Below are positions 36,844-46,518 of a stretch of DNA of 64,000 bases, in pieces (within the stretch, counting starts at the first letter, position 1; each line of letters opens with the position of its first letter). The position numbers and the translations under genes are program-made. The stretch comes from an uncultured Oscillospiraceae bacterium (GTDB taxonomy: Bacteria > Bacillota > Clostridia > Oscillospirales > Oscillospiraceae), in the NCBI GenBank assembly GCA_964367935.1, contig CAYIYZ010000005.1, positions 77,215-141,214 of the forward strand. Reading direction: 5' to 3'. The notes under the pieces are model-generated. The model searched no databases. It was given only the letters and a program-made list of their open reading frames with translations, and was not told the DNA's origin.

Positions 36844-39800
36844 TTATCCGAGATATCTCATTAGCATAGCTGCTATCTGCGCTCTGCCTGCTTCGCCCTG
36901 CGGTATAAGCATATTGTCCGTGCCCTCAATTATGCCCAGAGATGTCGCCCAGATCATGGCATCACGTGCCCAGTCGGACACCATATCCGCATCTCCGAAG
37001 TCAAGCACATCCGTTGTCAGCTCAGGACTGCCCGCATAACGATATAGCATAGTGGCAAACTGCTCACGAGTAATAAAGCCCTCAGGGTTCGTTCCGTCGG
37101 AAACCCCGTTCTCTATCGCCCATTCCATGCCTACCGTATACCATTCCGCTCCTGTAGATGTGTCCACTCCTGACATGCGTGCCAAGACCGTCCAGACCAT
37201 CGCACGGGTCATGAGACCCTCGGGGTCGAATGTAATCGCACTCGTGCCCTCAAATATGCCTGCTTCCACTACGTAGTTCACTGCGGCGAAATACCAAGCG
37301 TCCGCCGCCACGTCTACAAACCTACTCAAAGGTAGGGTCGGATCAACAATGGTAACGTCATCGTCATCATCGTTACCGCCGCCGCTGCCGCTGTTACCCG
37401 AGTTTCCGTTATTACCCGAATCTACGACCGTGACCGCTATATCATCCCTGTCACGTATACGTATTCTCGGGTATGTGTCAGCATAGCTATTGTCATACGA
37501 CGCCAGTCCCACGGCTTCTATGTCGTTTCCGACCGCTAAATTCTCTATAGTCTTTAGCTCCGTGATATAGCCGTCTATGAAAATCCTCGCCGTCTCGCCA
37601 CTTGCGTCCGTGTAGTATATGCTCTGCGGTATGCCCTCCGCTTCCACAATTCTCGTGATTTCACCCGAGACCTTTACAAGTGAGCCCAAAACGCTCATGT
37701 CATTAATCTGCGCCGCTGTGGCATCTATCGCAGTAGGCACTGTGCCCTCGCCTATCTTAGAAATCGATGTTACCTTCAGCTGACGCTCGCCTTGGTATGC
37801 ACTAACCGTGCCCTTAACTTCGACTACATCGCCTGCCTTTAAGATATCTGCCACGGGGTGCAGATTTATGCCGCCCGTTGCGTCTTGTACATAGGCACTG
37901 TCAAAGAAGGCCGTGTCATCGTCATAACCCGTAGCATTCGAGGTCAATGTGCCACGGATAGCGAAGCTGTCGCCCAACTCTCCCGCATGTACCTCTGCAA
38001 TCGTCGAAATTACAACGGGATTTATGTGCTTTAACAGATTCTCTACAATAGTGTAGTTTGAATATGCCGGCGTGCCGTAGTTGTCAAGATCAGCCTGAAT
38101 TTCAAAGTTACTCATGAACACAGAACCTGAGGTGATAATCGTCGCCGTGTTTCCGTTATCATAGGTAATGCTTTCACTCGCCGCCGATAGGTACTTATTG
38201 TCGTACTTCGGAATTGTCACACCTGCAAAATTATCTCCGTCATTGTCTGTTGATTCGCCTGTCTCAAAGCTGTAGACCATGGCGCTCACACTGCTCGGCA
38301 GTGCACTCACAGGTGCGCCGTCCTGACCGACCGCATAAATCGTGGCTCCGCCATAGTTTGAATATACCTGAGAATCGACTATGCCCTGCATGAACATATT
38401 CTCATCGTTAATTTCCGTCAGATACAGTCTCGGCGCTTGACCACCGTTATTAGTGTTGTCAATGAGCCCGTCGTCCGAAATTCTGAGACTTGAACCCAAA
38501 GCTTCCAAGATATCATTCTGCTGTGCCGCCATGTGGTCATCTTCCGGGAAGTCTTCATAGCGCTCGTAGTAATCGCTCCAACCTGTGACAACCACTATGT
38601 TGCCTGCCTCTGCAAAGGCTGTAATTGCATTTATTTCAGCCTCTGTCCAATTTTGATAGTCGTCGAGAAGCGAAGAACCGTCTCTGCGTGTCGGAGGTGT
38701 TAGGATAAGCATTTTATACTTATCATTTCCCGTTGCGGCTATTAATTCCGCCTCTGTATTTAGCTCCACCACTCGCACGTCATACTCTGCCGCAAGATTT
38801 GCGAAGTTACCCATGCTGTCTTTGTAGTTACCGTTTACATATTCATTGTAGTTCGAGGCGTCTATGCCCACATACACGAGCTTATCCGCATCACGGACAT
38901 TGAGCTCTACATTCTGACTGTAGATCTGTCCGTCCATCAAGACTTCAACCGTAATAGTCACTACACCGACTTCTGTCGGGGTGTACGCAAATGTATCGAC
39001 ATGTGTGCTGTTTGTCGCAAGTGTCGCGCCGTTACCGCTTCCAATCTCCGTATCACCTATCTTATACGTGATGGAAGTCAGCTCTTTATCTTCGCTCTCA
39101 CTGTTAAACACCGTTGTCGTAAGCGTCAGCTCCTCGTCCGTCACGGGCATCTTCGTGCTCACTTCCACGGAGTTTATGCCCATAAGCGGTGCTGAGCCTA
39201 TCCAAACAGGTGCTGTGACTGCGATATTGAGGTCTGCCTGAGTTACACGTAGGTAGTAGTAGCCCTCTTTAACTTCATCAAGCGAGCCGTCCCATGTCAC
39301 GCTGTTGTCGCTGAAATCTTTAGACATCGCAACTCTACCGCTACCCGTTATAATCTCAATCTCGCTGATATTGTCGTTATTATCGGGGTCATAGACCGAG
39401 ATAGCGAAGTCTATGGAATTGGGTACGTCCTCGATGATAGAGCCCATCATTTGACCGTTTATTTCAAAGTCAATCTCAAGATTCTTATCCTCTGTGGAGT
39501 ACATCGCCCTTTGGCTCATCGCTGTCAAGAGGTCTTCTTCCGAATTACTCTCTGCTATAAATACCGTACGTGCGGTGTTTGCGTTACCCCAACCGCCCTT
39601 ATGGTTATCTTGGTTATTTGTCGGGCCTACGTGCCAGCCCTTGTCAAGCGCAAGCGTATACTGCTCATAGCTCGGATAGTAGCCGCCCGCTCCCACTGCG
39701 CCCTCACCGTTTGCCACTTCTACCATGACCATCTTACTGTCATAGGCAGGTGTGTAGTACCCGAAGTCCGCAAAGTTACCGAAGGTCGTTCCCGGGTGGT

Positions 39801-42800
39801 TAAACTGCGAGAGGTTCGCCAAAGGATCATTACTTGCAATGAGCGCATCGTAATAAGCCTTCATGCCGTTATCGTCAGTCTTGGAATTCAATGTGCTGTT
39901 ATTACGGCTGATTAGACCCTCCGAGTTAAAGGTGTTGATATGTCCGGGGCCGCCCGACCATGTCATCTCAAAGCCCGACAGCGCACTTACATCATTACCT
40001 GCTGCGTTAAAGTTGTCCACTGCCTCTGTATATTCGTCCCAAAGCGCTTTTGATGCCGCTGTCATTTGACTTGCATCATTTAACGCCTCTGCAGGGTTTG
40101 CCGCAGAGCTTGAGTCGAAGCTGTTCGAGTGGTCTGTAAACGCCACGAAGTCCACATTATCACTCGTCGGGATATTGTTGATATAGTTTAACGCACTCTC
40201 CAAAGTACCCGAACCGTCTGAATATGTGGTGTGCGAGTGGAGCTGACCGAAGTACTTGTCATACTCCGCCTCACCCACCGTGAAGCTCCATGTAATTGCG
40301 TCATATCTACCAGCTGTACCATCTATGGTTATTACCGACACAGTAACACTTACCTCGCCGTCCGCCAAATCTGCTGTCGGTGTATAGGTATAGTTGCCTG
40401 ATACAGCGTCCTTTGTCATGTCTACGGCTGTGCCATCGCCTATTTTGATTTTAACACTCGGATTTTCACCCGCATTTTTAAGTGCAACTTCAAAGGTCGG
40501 TGTCTTGTCAGCACCCGTCTGGCTGTTTCTCAAAGGTGATACAACCTCAATTTGCGGAAGATTACTTACCATAACTGTGACTTGCCTGCTCGCTTCATTA
40601 CTGTTTGAAGAAGCGTCCGTCGCTGTTATCGTGAAGGTAAATCGGTCAATTGAGGCTGTGATATCTGCCCCGGAGACTGTATACTCATACTTTCCCGTGT
40701 CGGCATTTTTCGCCATATCGGCATTTACTACCTCACCGTTTATGTTGAGCTGAATTCCCACATAGCTCACACCGCTGACGTCAATTACACTTGCCGATAT
40801 TACATAGTCTTCGCCTACTTGTGCGTTAACTGAATCGTCGGGCAGTGTGATTGTCGGCGCTCCTTGGTCGTTTGCGAGCACGTATGCGCCCTCACCCGTT
40901 GCAAGCTGAACACTTGAATTGTAGGTGGAAACCATGGCGTACAGGTCAATCTCGTCGTTTGGCTCTATGCCCACGGGAATATCATACGCATCATAAATGT
41001 TAATTGTGCCCGTGCCGTCCGTTACAGGAGTGTTCCTTCCGCTTGCCTCACCGATAGTAACATCCTCTATTTTGATGTAACGACCGAGCATGTTTAAACC
41101 GTTTGCCTTGACTTCTTCAACGGTATAAACCATAGCTTCCATTGGCTCTGCACTGTCCACTACGGACTTTGCACTCACTCCTGCAAGTTGCGGTGCGCCA
41201 TAGCGGATATAAAATGTACCTGTCATTGAAATTATATCGCCGATTACTGCGTCCTCGGGAGCAGAGCCGTACACGAACAGTGAATAGACCTGACCGTCTA
41301 TCACATCTTGCAGTACCGCATTTCCGTAGCTTGAGGTCGTATACACAAGCTGACCGACAACGGTTATTGCCGCACCGGAAGCTTGACTTGTTGCAGTCGA
41401 GCTTGCAAGTGCTTCTTCGATGTTCAGAACACTATCGTCAGTGAAAATAGTATCGTCATCATCCTTTATCGGATCTGCTACTACTGCGGGAAGCTTAAAG
41501 GTGAAGGTTGCAACTGCGCTGTCGTCCATTCCATCCTTCGTAGCCTTTACGTAGTAGGTGATGTCACCTGTGATTGTGACTTCACTGCCCTCTGTCCACG
41601 CTATATTATCTGTGCTGTAATAAATTGTCGCACCCTCTGTTGCGGAGCTGAAGGTTACCTTTGTGCCGCTTGCCACTTCGCCGCTTTCGCTCGCTGTCGG
41701 TGTGGCGACGGTGGTCGAGGGTGTTACAACAGTGATGTCCGCTTCTGTTACGACATATAGCTGGTAGTTATCTCCAAATTGTCCAACTACGGCTGTAACT
41801 GTTAAAACATCACCGACCAAAATTGTGTCGGGAATTTCGCCCTTATATGTTTTAATCGTGCTACCGTTTTGGCTCAGCGTCAGGTTGCCGTAAGTTTCGT
41901 CAATAGCGGTCACTTCAACGCTTGTTAACTTTATGCGCATGGACTCATAGTCCTCGCCTATATCCGCAATTTCTATTTCCTGTGCGGTAGGCAAAGTCTG
42001 TGTGCCTTGTTTTTCATAGTCCGTTGGATTGATTTGCTTTAGATTATTATATTCCCCAACAGTGCCAGTGACGACGTATTCATCGCCTATAGCTATGCCT
42101 GCCGGAGCATCACCATATATATTTATACCTGCTTCCGAGTCCTGTATGTATACGTTTTTACCATCTATGTATGTAACTATACCCTTAACCGCAACTGTAC
42201 CCTCTGCCATTTTTCTTGCCTCGGCTATTGCGGTTATTGACGGAATGGGAGGATCGGGCGGGTCAACGACATCGCCACCACTGTTCATGGGCGAGGGTGC
42301 GCCGACTGTGAAGTCTGCGCTGTTGTCATCCGTGTCCACGCCGGGCGTTGTGCGAGAAGCTGATTTTGTAGCTGAAAGTGTCCCTGTGGGGGCTGTGCCC
42401 TCATATTCATTTGCAGCACCAAAACCTACGAAGTCTACGACCGCTGTATCAGCAATGCCACTGATAGCATCGGTCTTATTCTCTACAAGTGCCACTTTTC
42501 CTTTTGTGCCGGACATGTTAATGCTGCCGCTTGCGTCAGGTGTTGGAAGCTCTGTTGTTCCACCACCGCCGGCTGAAAGCTGAATTAAATAGTAGCCGCC
42601 TGCTTTAATTGAGCCTGTTAGGGTAACTTTGTTGCTGCCAAAAGCACCACCTGACGCAGCATATTGAATTGACCAACCTGTCAAATCAACATCTGCACCT
42701 GTGGGGTTATAGAGCTCCACAAAGTCGCTTTTGTACTCGGCGCCAGAGTTTCCGCCACCGCCGTACACCTCATTGATTACCACATGGTCGGCCGCTTTTG

Positions 42801-42879
42801 GTGCATCACCTGCACTTACCATTGGTACCATGCCGAGAGTTAAACATAGAACGAGAATAACGCTAATAATCTTTTTCAT
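36844..42879 (-). CDS. Giant SLH-anchored surface protein: lamin-tail domain, OB-fold-like modules, PHP/CehA-type metallophosphoesterase domain, Ig-like repeats, three C-terminal SLH repeats
   Basis: Signal peptide MKKIISVILVLCLTLGMVPMVSA (start moved to the second ATG at 42879, 6 nt after AGGAAG). LTD is VVINEVYGGGGNSGAEYKSDFVELYNPT...GWSIQYA, and the PHP block is GQLHSHTTYSDGSG...FVAFTDHSN. SLH is FVDVAADAWYFAAVNYVVEAGIFEG, followed by two more repeats. Confidence 0.8.
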   Translation of the reverse strand: MKKIISVILVLCLTLGMVPMVSAGDAPKAADHVVINEVYGGGGNSGAEYKSDFVELYNPTGADVDLTGWSIQYAASGGAFGSNKVTLTGSIKAGGYYLIQLSAGGGGTTELPTPDASGSINMSGTKGKVALVENKTDAISGIADTAVVDFVGFGAANEYEGTAPTGTLSATKSASRTTPGVDTDDNSADFTVGAPSPMNSGGDVVDPPDPPIPSITAIAEARKMAEGTVAVKGIVTYIDGKNVYIQDSEAGINIYGDAPAGIAIGDEYVVTGTVGEYNNLKQINPTDYEKQGTQTLPTAQEIEIADIGEDYESMRIKLTSVEVTAIDETYGNLTLSQNGSTIKTYKGEIPDTILVGDVLTVTAVVGQFGDNYQLYVVTEADITVVTPSTTVATPTASESGEVASGTKVTFSSATEGATIYYSTDNIAWTEGSEVTITGDITYYVKATKDGMDDSAVATFTFKLPAVVADPIKDDDDTIFTDDSVLNIEEALASSTATSQASGAAITVVGQLVYTTSSYGNAVLQDVIDGQVYSLFVYGSAPEDAVIGDIISMTGTFYIRYGAPQLAGVSAKSVVDSAEPMEAMVYTVEEVKANGLNMLGRYIKIEDVTIGEASGRNTPVTDGTGTINIYDAYDIPVGIEPNDEIDLYAMVSTYNSSVQLATGEGAYVLANDQGAPTITLPDDSVNAQVGEDYVISASVIDVSGVSYVGIQLNINGEVVNADMAKNADTGKYEYTVSGADITASIDRFTFTITATDASSNSNEASRQVTVMVSNLPQIEVVSPLRNSQTGADKTPTFEVALKNAGENPSVKIKIGDGTAVDMTKDAVSGNYTYTPTADLADGEVSVTVSVITIDGTAGRYDAITWSFTVGEAEYDKYFGQLHSHTTYSDGSGTLESALNYINNIPTSDNVDFVAFTDHSNSFDSSSAANPAEALNDASQMTAASKALWDEYTEAVDNFNAAGNDVSALSGFEMTWSGGPGHINTFNSEGLISRNNSTLNSKTDDNGMKAYYDALIASNDPLANLSQFNHPGTTFGNFADFGYYTPAYDSKMVMVEVANGEGAVGAGGYYPSYEQYTLALDKGWHVGPTNNQDNHKGGWGNANTARTVFIAESNSEEDLLTAMSQRAMYSTEDKNLEIDFEINGQMMGSIIEDVPNSIDFAISVYDPDNNDNISEIEIITGSGRVAMSKDFSDNSVTWDGSLDEVKEGYYYLRVTQADLNIAVTAPVWIGSAPLMGINSVEVSTKMPVTDEELTLTTTVFNSESEDKELTSITYKIGDTEIGSGNGATLATNSTHVDTFAYTPTEVGVVTITVEVLMDGQIYSQNVELNVRDADKLVYVGIDASNYNEYVNGNYKDSMGNFANLAAEYDVRVVELNTEAELIAATGNDKYKMLILTPPTRRDGSSLLDDYQNWTEAEINAITAFAEAGNIVVVTGWSDYYERYEDFPEDDHMAAQQNDILEALGSSLRISDDGLIDNTNNGGQAPRLYLTEINDENMFMQGIVDSQVYSNYGGATIYAVGQDGAPVSALPSSVSAMVYSFETGESTDNDGDNFAGVTIPKYDNKYLSAASESITYDNGNTATIITSGSVFMSNFEIQADLDNYGTPAYSNYTIVENLLKHINPVVISTIAEVHAGELGDSFAIRGTLTSNATGYDDDTAFFDSAYVQDATGGINLHPVADILKAGDVVEVKGTVSAYQGERQLKVTSISKIGEGTVPTAIDATAAQINDMSVLGSLVKVSGEITRIVEAEGIPQSIYYTDASGETARIFIDGYITELKTIENLAVGNDIEAVGLASYDNSYADTYPRIRIRDRDDIAVTVVDSGNNGNSGNSGSGGGNDDDDDVTIVDPTLPLSRFVDVAADAWYFAAVNYVVEAGIFEGTSAITFDPEGLMTRAMVWTVLARMSGVDTSTGAEWYTVGMEWAIENGVSDGTNPEGFITREQFATMLYRYAGSPELTTDVLDFGDADMVSDWARDAMIWATSLGIIEGTDNMLIPQGEAGRAQIAAMLMRYLG

Positions 42880-42928
42880 AGCCATCTTCCTTTCCCATTT
42901 AAATCTATTTTAAAACACCCGAGGGTGA

Positions 42929-44065
42929 TTATTTGCTCGCCATCTTGCCGCCTAAATACGACACCAAAGGCACCGTCAACACTATGCCTATAGAGCCAGA
43001 CAGACCTTGTATAAGCTCTATGGCAATTAAGTCACTGTTTAGCACCTGCAAGCTCGGATAATCGAATATCCTAAACAATATGAGTGTATTTAAAGAGGCG
43101 CCCGCAAAGGCTAAAATAAGCGTATTCGCCATGGTGCCCATAGCGTCCTTGCCTATGTTCATGCCCGATTTCGTAAGCTGTTTTTGCGTTAGCGTCGGGC
43201 TGTTCTCTTTCATCTCAAATATCGCCGAGGTTATGGTCATGGACACGTCCATTACAGCGCCCAAGGCAGCGACCAATATGCCCGATACCAAGAGCCCGCT
43301 TATCTTCAAGCCACCGTCTGTGCCCCTTAATATAAGCTCCTCCGCCTCCGCCATGTTAAAGCCGTTTATCGGCGTCAACACGCCCACGACATAAGCGCAC
43401 ACACCGGCTATAGTAACGCCGCCCACACATCCGATTATCGCACAGGCTGTCTTCTTCGAAATGCCATTAAGTAATATAAGCGTGCCCGTAGTGGCTATCG
43501 CCACCAAGCCCACCGCCGCCAAAATTGGCGACACTCCTCGTGATATAAGTGGAATAAAAATGCTCCACAGAGCAAAACCCGTATACACTAATCCTAAAAG
43601 TGCGCCCACGCCCTTCTTGCCACCCAGCCACACAAGTAGAACCGCAAACAAGAGCACTAAGCCACCCAACACTAACATCCTGTCATAGCTGTTTACAGTA
43701 ACTATGTACAGCTCATCATTTTCATCGTAATCAAGCCTTAATATAACACTTGTCCCGACTTCTATATCTATATTCGAATAGGCCGACACGTGATGTACGG
43801 CAGATAAACTTTTCCCGTCATGTTCGCCACCTTGAATCTCAAAGGTGACTAACTGAACTCCTATCCTGCGTCCCTCCGTCCACGTATCCTCTCCTATATC
43901 CTCATCGAGTATCTCCGTAGCCGTCGCCCGACTGAACATGACCTTGCTCATAGCTGTCGCAACTGCATCATCACTCATTTCCAAGTACACAACAAGCAGC
44001 ATCGGAAGTAAAAGTAAAAACACGGCGATTATAGACCTCTTACTCCATGATTTCAAAGGCAGCAC
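42929..44065 (-). CDS. YibE/F-family integral membrane protein
   Basis: An N-terminal TM and a soluble segment of about 100 aa, then about 7 TM helices (layout typical of YibE/F). The start is ambiguous (GTG 44065 or TTG 44056). Only 43 nt separate it from the giant gene. Confidence 0.65.
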   Translation of the reverse strand: MLPLKSWSKRSIIAVFLLLLPMLLVVYLEMSDDAVATAMSKVMFSRATATEILDEDIGEDTWTEGRRIGVQLVTFEIQGGEHDGKSLSAVHHVSAYSNIDIEVGTSVILRLDYDENDELYIVTVNSYDRMLVLGGLVLLFAVLLVWLGGKKGVGALLGLVYTGFALWSIFIPLISRGVSPILAAVGLVAIATTGTLILLNGISKKTACAIIGCVGGVTIAGVCAYVVGVLTPINGFNMAEAEELILRGTDGGLKISGLLVSGILVAALGAVMDVSMTITSAIFEMKENSPTLTQKQLTKSGMNIGKDAMGTMANTLILAFAGASLNTLILFRIFDYPSLQVLNSDLIAIELIQGLSGSIGIVLTVPLVSYLGGKMASK

Positions 44066-44374
44066 CCCTTCTAATTTTTCACTCTTCTTATTCTATCATT
44101 TCAGCAACATTTAATCTACATTTTGATGTAAAGTGTGCGTAAAATCTTCTGATAACTAAATGTATGTTTTAAACAATTTGTTTATAGCATTTGCAGGTAA
44201 AATGGCATATAAAGTTGCAGTCAATAAAGTTATGCAATTTTGTGTCAAATGTGTATACAAATCGGCCCACGTCACGTTCGTGAGCCTATACAGACGCTAA
44301 GAGACCGTGCATATATACGCACGGTCTCTATAGTTGTGGAAATGCTTGAGTCACTAACTCAAACACTCGTTTTT

Positions 44375-46321
44375 TCAGCGCTCATAGCTAATGTGGTGAT
44401 CGCTGGGCTCGTATTTCTCAACACTACCCTTACATCTGCTTTTCGCCTTATACATAGCTTTGTCAGCATAGTTTAGACATGTCGTGAAGGATTCACTCTG
44501 CTCCGGACATAGCGCATAACCGATAGATGCGCTTACTTTATGCTCCACATCGGTTGGCGTGTTAATATACGCTTTATCAAAATTCTCCTTCAACCGTTCA
44601 AGCTGCAATTCCAATTGAATATAATCCTCCGCGCCGTAGAGAACCATAGCAAGCTCGTCACCACTTAGGCGAGAACATAGCTTATTATCATACTCAAATC
44701 GGTGTAACACATTAGCAGCCGCACATATGAACCTGTCGCCCGTTTCATGCCCCCATGTATCATTGACATACTTCAAATTGTCTAAGTCAAGCATGACCAC
44801 CGTCGCCATCTTAGTCTCTTCCGGGCGCCTTGACAGCGCTTCAAGCTGCTCGAAAAATGCACGCTTACCGTAAAGGCCTGTGAGAAAGTCCAAGTCACGT
44901 TCCTTTTTAATTTTACTCTTTTCGTTGATTTCATCGGTTGAGTCAACAATTAGACCCCAGTCACTTTCACCGTCACGATACCGCATTATTTTTAGATAGC
45001 GCTCACCTTCGTACGTATTAAGTGAGTACACATCACTCTCACTCACATGCGGTCGCAACATAATTTGTTCAATGAAGGCTATAAATGCTTGCGGTGACTT
45101 ATATTCATGCGCAAATCGCTCATCACTGATATGTAAGATTTCCGCTAACTTACCACTTGCAATTACTGTGTCTGCCGTACATTCATACATAGCTATGGGA
45201 ACATTAACATACTCGAAAATTGTGGAAAACTTCTGCGATGACTCCACCACACGCTTCACCATAAAGTTTACATTGTCGCTCAGTGCTTCCAGTTCCGGCA
45301 AGCCCGTAACACTCATCCTATATTCTAAATCGCCGCCCGCTATCAATTTCATGCCCTTCTCAAGCTCAAACAGGCCGCATAACACCACCCTATCTAACAT
45401 GAAGTATATGAGTGCTATTATTAGTGCAGATACCACCAAAGATAAGGCAAGTCCAACTCCAATAATAAACAGCACAGGATGATAAATCGAAACAAAATCT
45501 TGATAATAACCTATATAAACACTATCAGAATGCTGTTGAATTAGCACATGTCCAAGCTCTCCCACAAAATTGGTATTCAGAGTTACCCCCAAGTCATCTT
45601 CACTAAAGTCAGCTATCCCCAACTCACTTAATCCAATTCCATTGATATCCGGATTAGTGCTTATTATTACCTCTCCGCTTGTAGCGTCTACCGCAAAGAA
45701 CATTGTATGTGCCGAATGTGTCAGCCGCGAGAAAATGTGCGTTAGCTCTGTATTTGCCATTGCCTCCAGCAAACGCAGTGGTTCTATGCCAATTTGGACT
45801 ATGTGCTGTCTATCTGCACTCCAAACCGCTACATACTGCATCTCTTTACTCTCTGCCGTATTGGGCGTAATGTCTTGAGCCAACTCTAAATCGTAATCAT
45901 ACAGCATCGGTAAAAAAAATCTCATCTGTTCGCCTGACTCGAATGTGAATCCATAATAATCAGGCACATTTCCACTATATATTTCGCCCTGCGGAGTAAA
46001 AAGATGAATTTCATCAATTTGTAGTAGCTTCGCAATGTGCTCTAGCTGTTCAATATCATAGATAACATCCTGATTATACTGTATCATGTATGCAACCGCA
46101 TTTGCTCGAATCAAAAAATCTTGCCTTAAGTCTTCCTGAAGTTGATATACCGTCTCATCGTTCTCTGCCAAAATTTCTTCTATCTGCGAAATATGTCCGT
46201 TAGCCTCTTCATTAAACTCATTGAAAGCAGAATCAAGCATTGCATACATCCAAACAGACATAAAAATACCTACAATAATCAGTACTAAAACAACAAGTCT
46301 TATCACAATGTATTTTTTCAT
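44375..46321 (-). CDS. Membrane sensor protein with GGDEF-family domain carrying an SGDEL variant motif
   Basis: TM1, an extracytoplasmic domain of about 260 aa, TM2 and a HAMP-like linker. The GGDEF domain has DFLTGLYGKRAF...DLDNLKYVNDTWGHETGD...RLSGDELAMVL. The start is moved to ATG 46321 (AAGGTG 7 nt upstream). Confidence 0.8.
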   Translation of the reverse strand: MKKYIVIRLVVLVLIIVGIFMSVWMYAMLDSAFNEFNEEANGHISQIEEILAENDETVYQLQEDLRQDFLIRANAVAYMIQYNQDVIYDIEQLEHIAKLLQIDEIHLFTPQGEIYSGNVPDYYGFTFESGEQMRFFLPMLYDYDLELAQDITPNTAESKEMQYVAVWSADRQHIVQIGIEPLRLLEAMANTELTHIFSRLTHSAHTMFFAVDATSGEVIISTNPDINGIGLSELGIADFSEDDLGVTLNTNFVGELGHVLIQQHSDSVYIGYYQDFVSIYHPVLFIIGVGLALSLVVSALIIALIYFMLDRVVLCGLFELEKGMKLIAGGDLEYRMSVTGLPELEALSDNVNFMVKRVVESSQKFSTIFEYVNVPIAMYECTADTVIASGKLAEILHISDERFAHEYKSPQAFIAFIEQIMLRPHVSESDVYSLNTYEGERYLKIMRYRDGESDWGLIVDSTDEINEKSKIKKERDLDFLTGLYGKRAFFEQLEALSRRPEETKMATVVMLDLDNLKYVNDTWGHETGDRFICAAANVLHRFEYDNKLCSRLSGDELAMVLYGAEDYIQLELQLERLKENFDKAYINTPTDVEHKVSASIGYALCPEQSESFTTCLNYADKAMYKAKSRCKGSVEKYEPSDHHISYER

Positions 46322-46460
46322 ACTCAAGCACCTTAGTTTAAGTTAATTTTTTAGTTTTAATTACTATTCACCATATTATATTGTAGCATATCAACATATC
46401 CATGTAAAGTGAATTCCACCCACCCGACCTCTCTCTTCTGCTCGCCGCAAATCATACAAG

Positions 46461-46495
46461 AATAAAAGCCCCGAGCCTAATATCGGCTCGGGGTC
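46461..46495 (-). terminator. Intrinsic terminator of the CoA-transferase operon (minus strand)
   Basis: GCCCCGAGCCtaatatcGGCTCGGGGT. On the minus strand it is followed by TTTTATT. Confidence 0.8.
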
Positions 46496-46518
46496 TATCT
46501 TTATTCCTTATTATTTAC

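Noticed and set aside
44066-44374. Looked for a c-di-GMP (GEMM) or other riboswitch in the leader of the YibE/F-giant gene operon
   Set aside because: I could not find the conserved GEMM-I/II core motifs or any other riboswitch I recognise. There is only a hairpin, AGAGACCGTGC...GCACGGTCTCT (44299-44330), without a U-tract.
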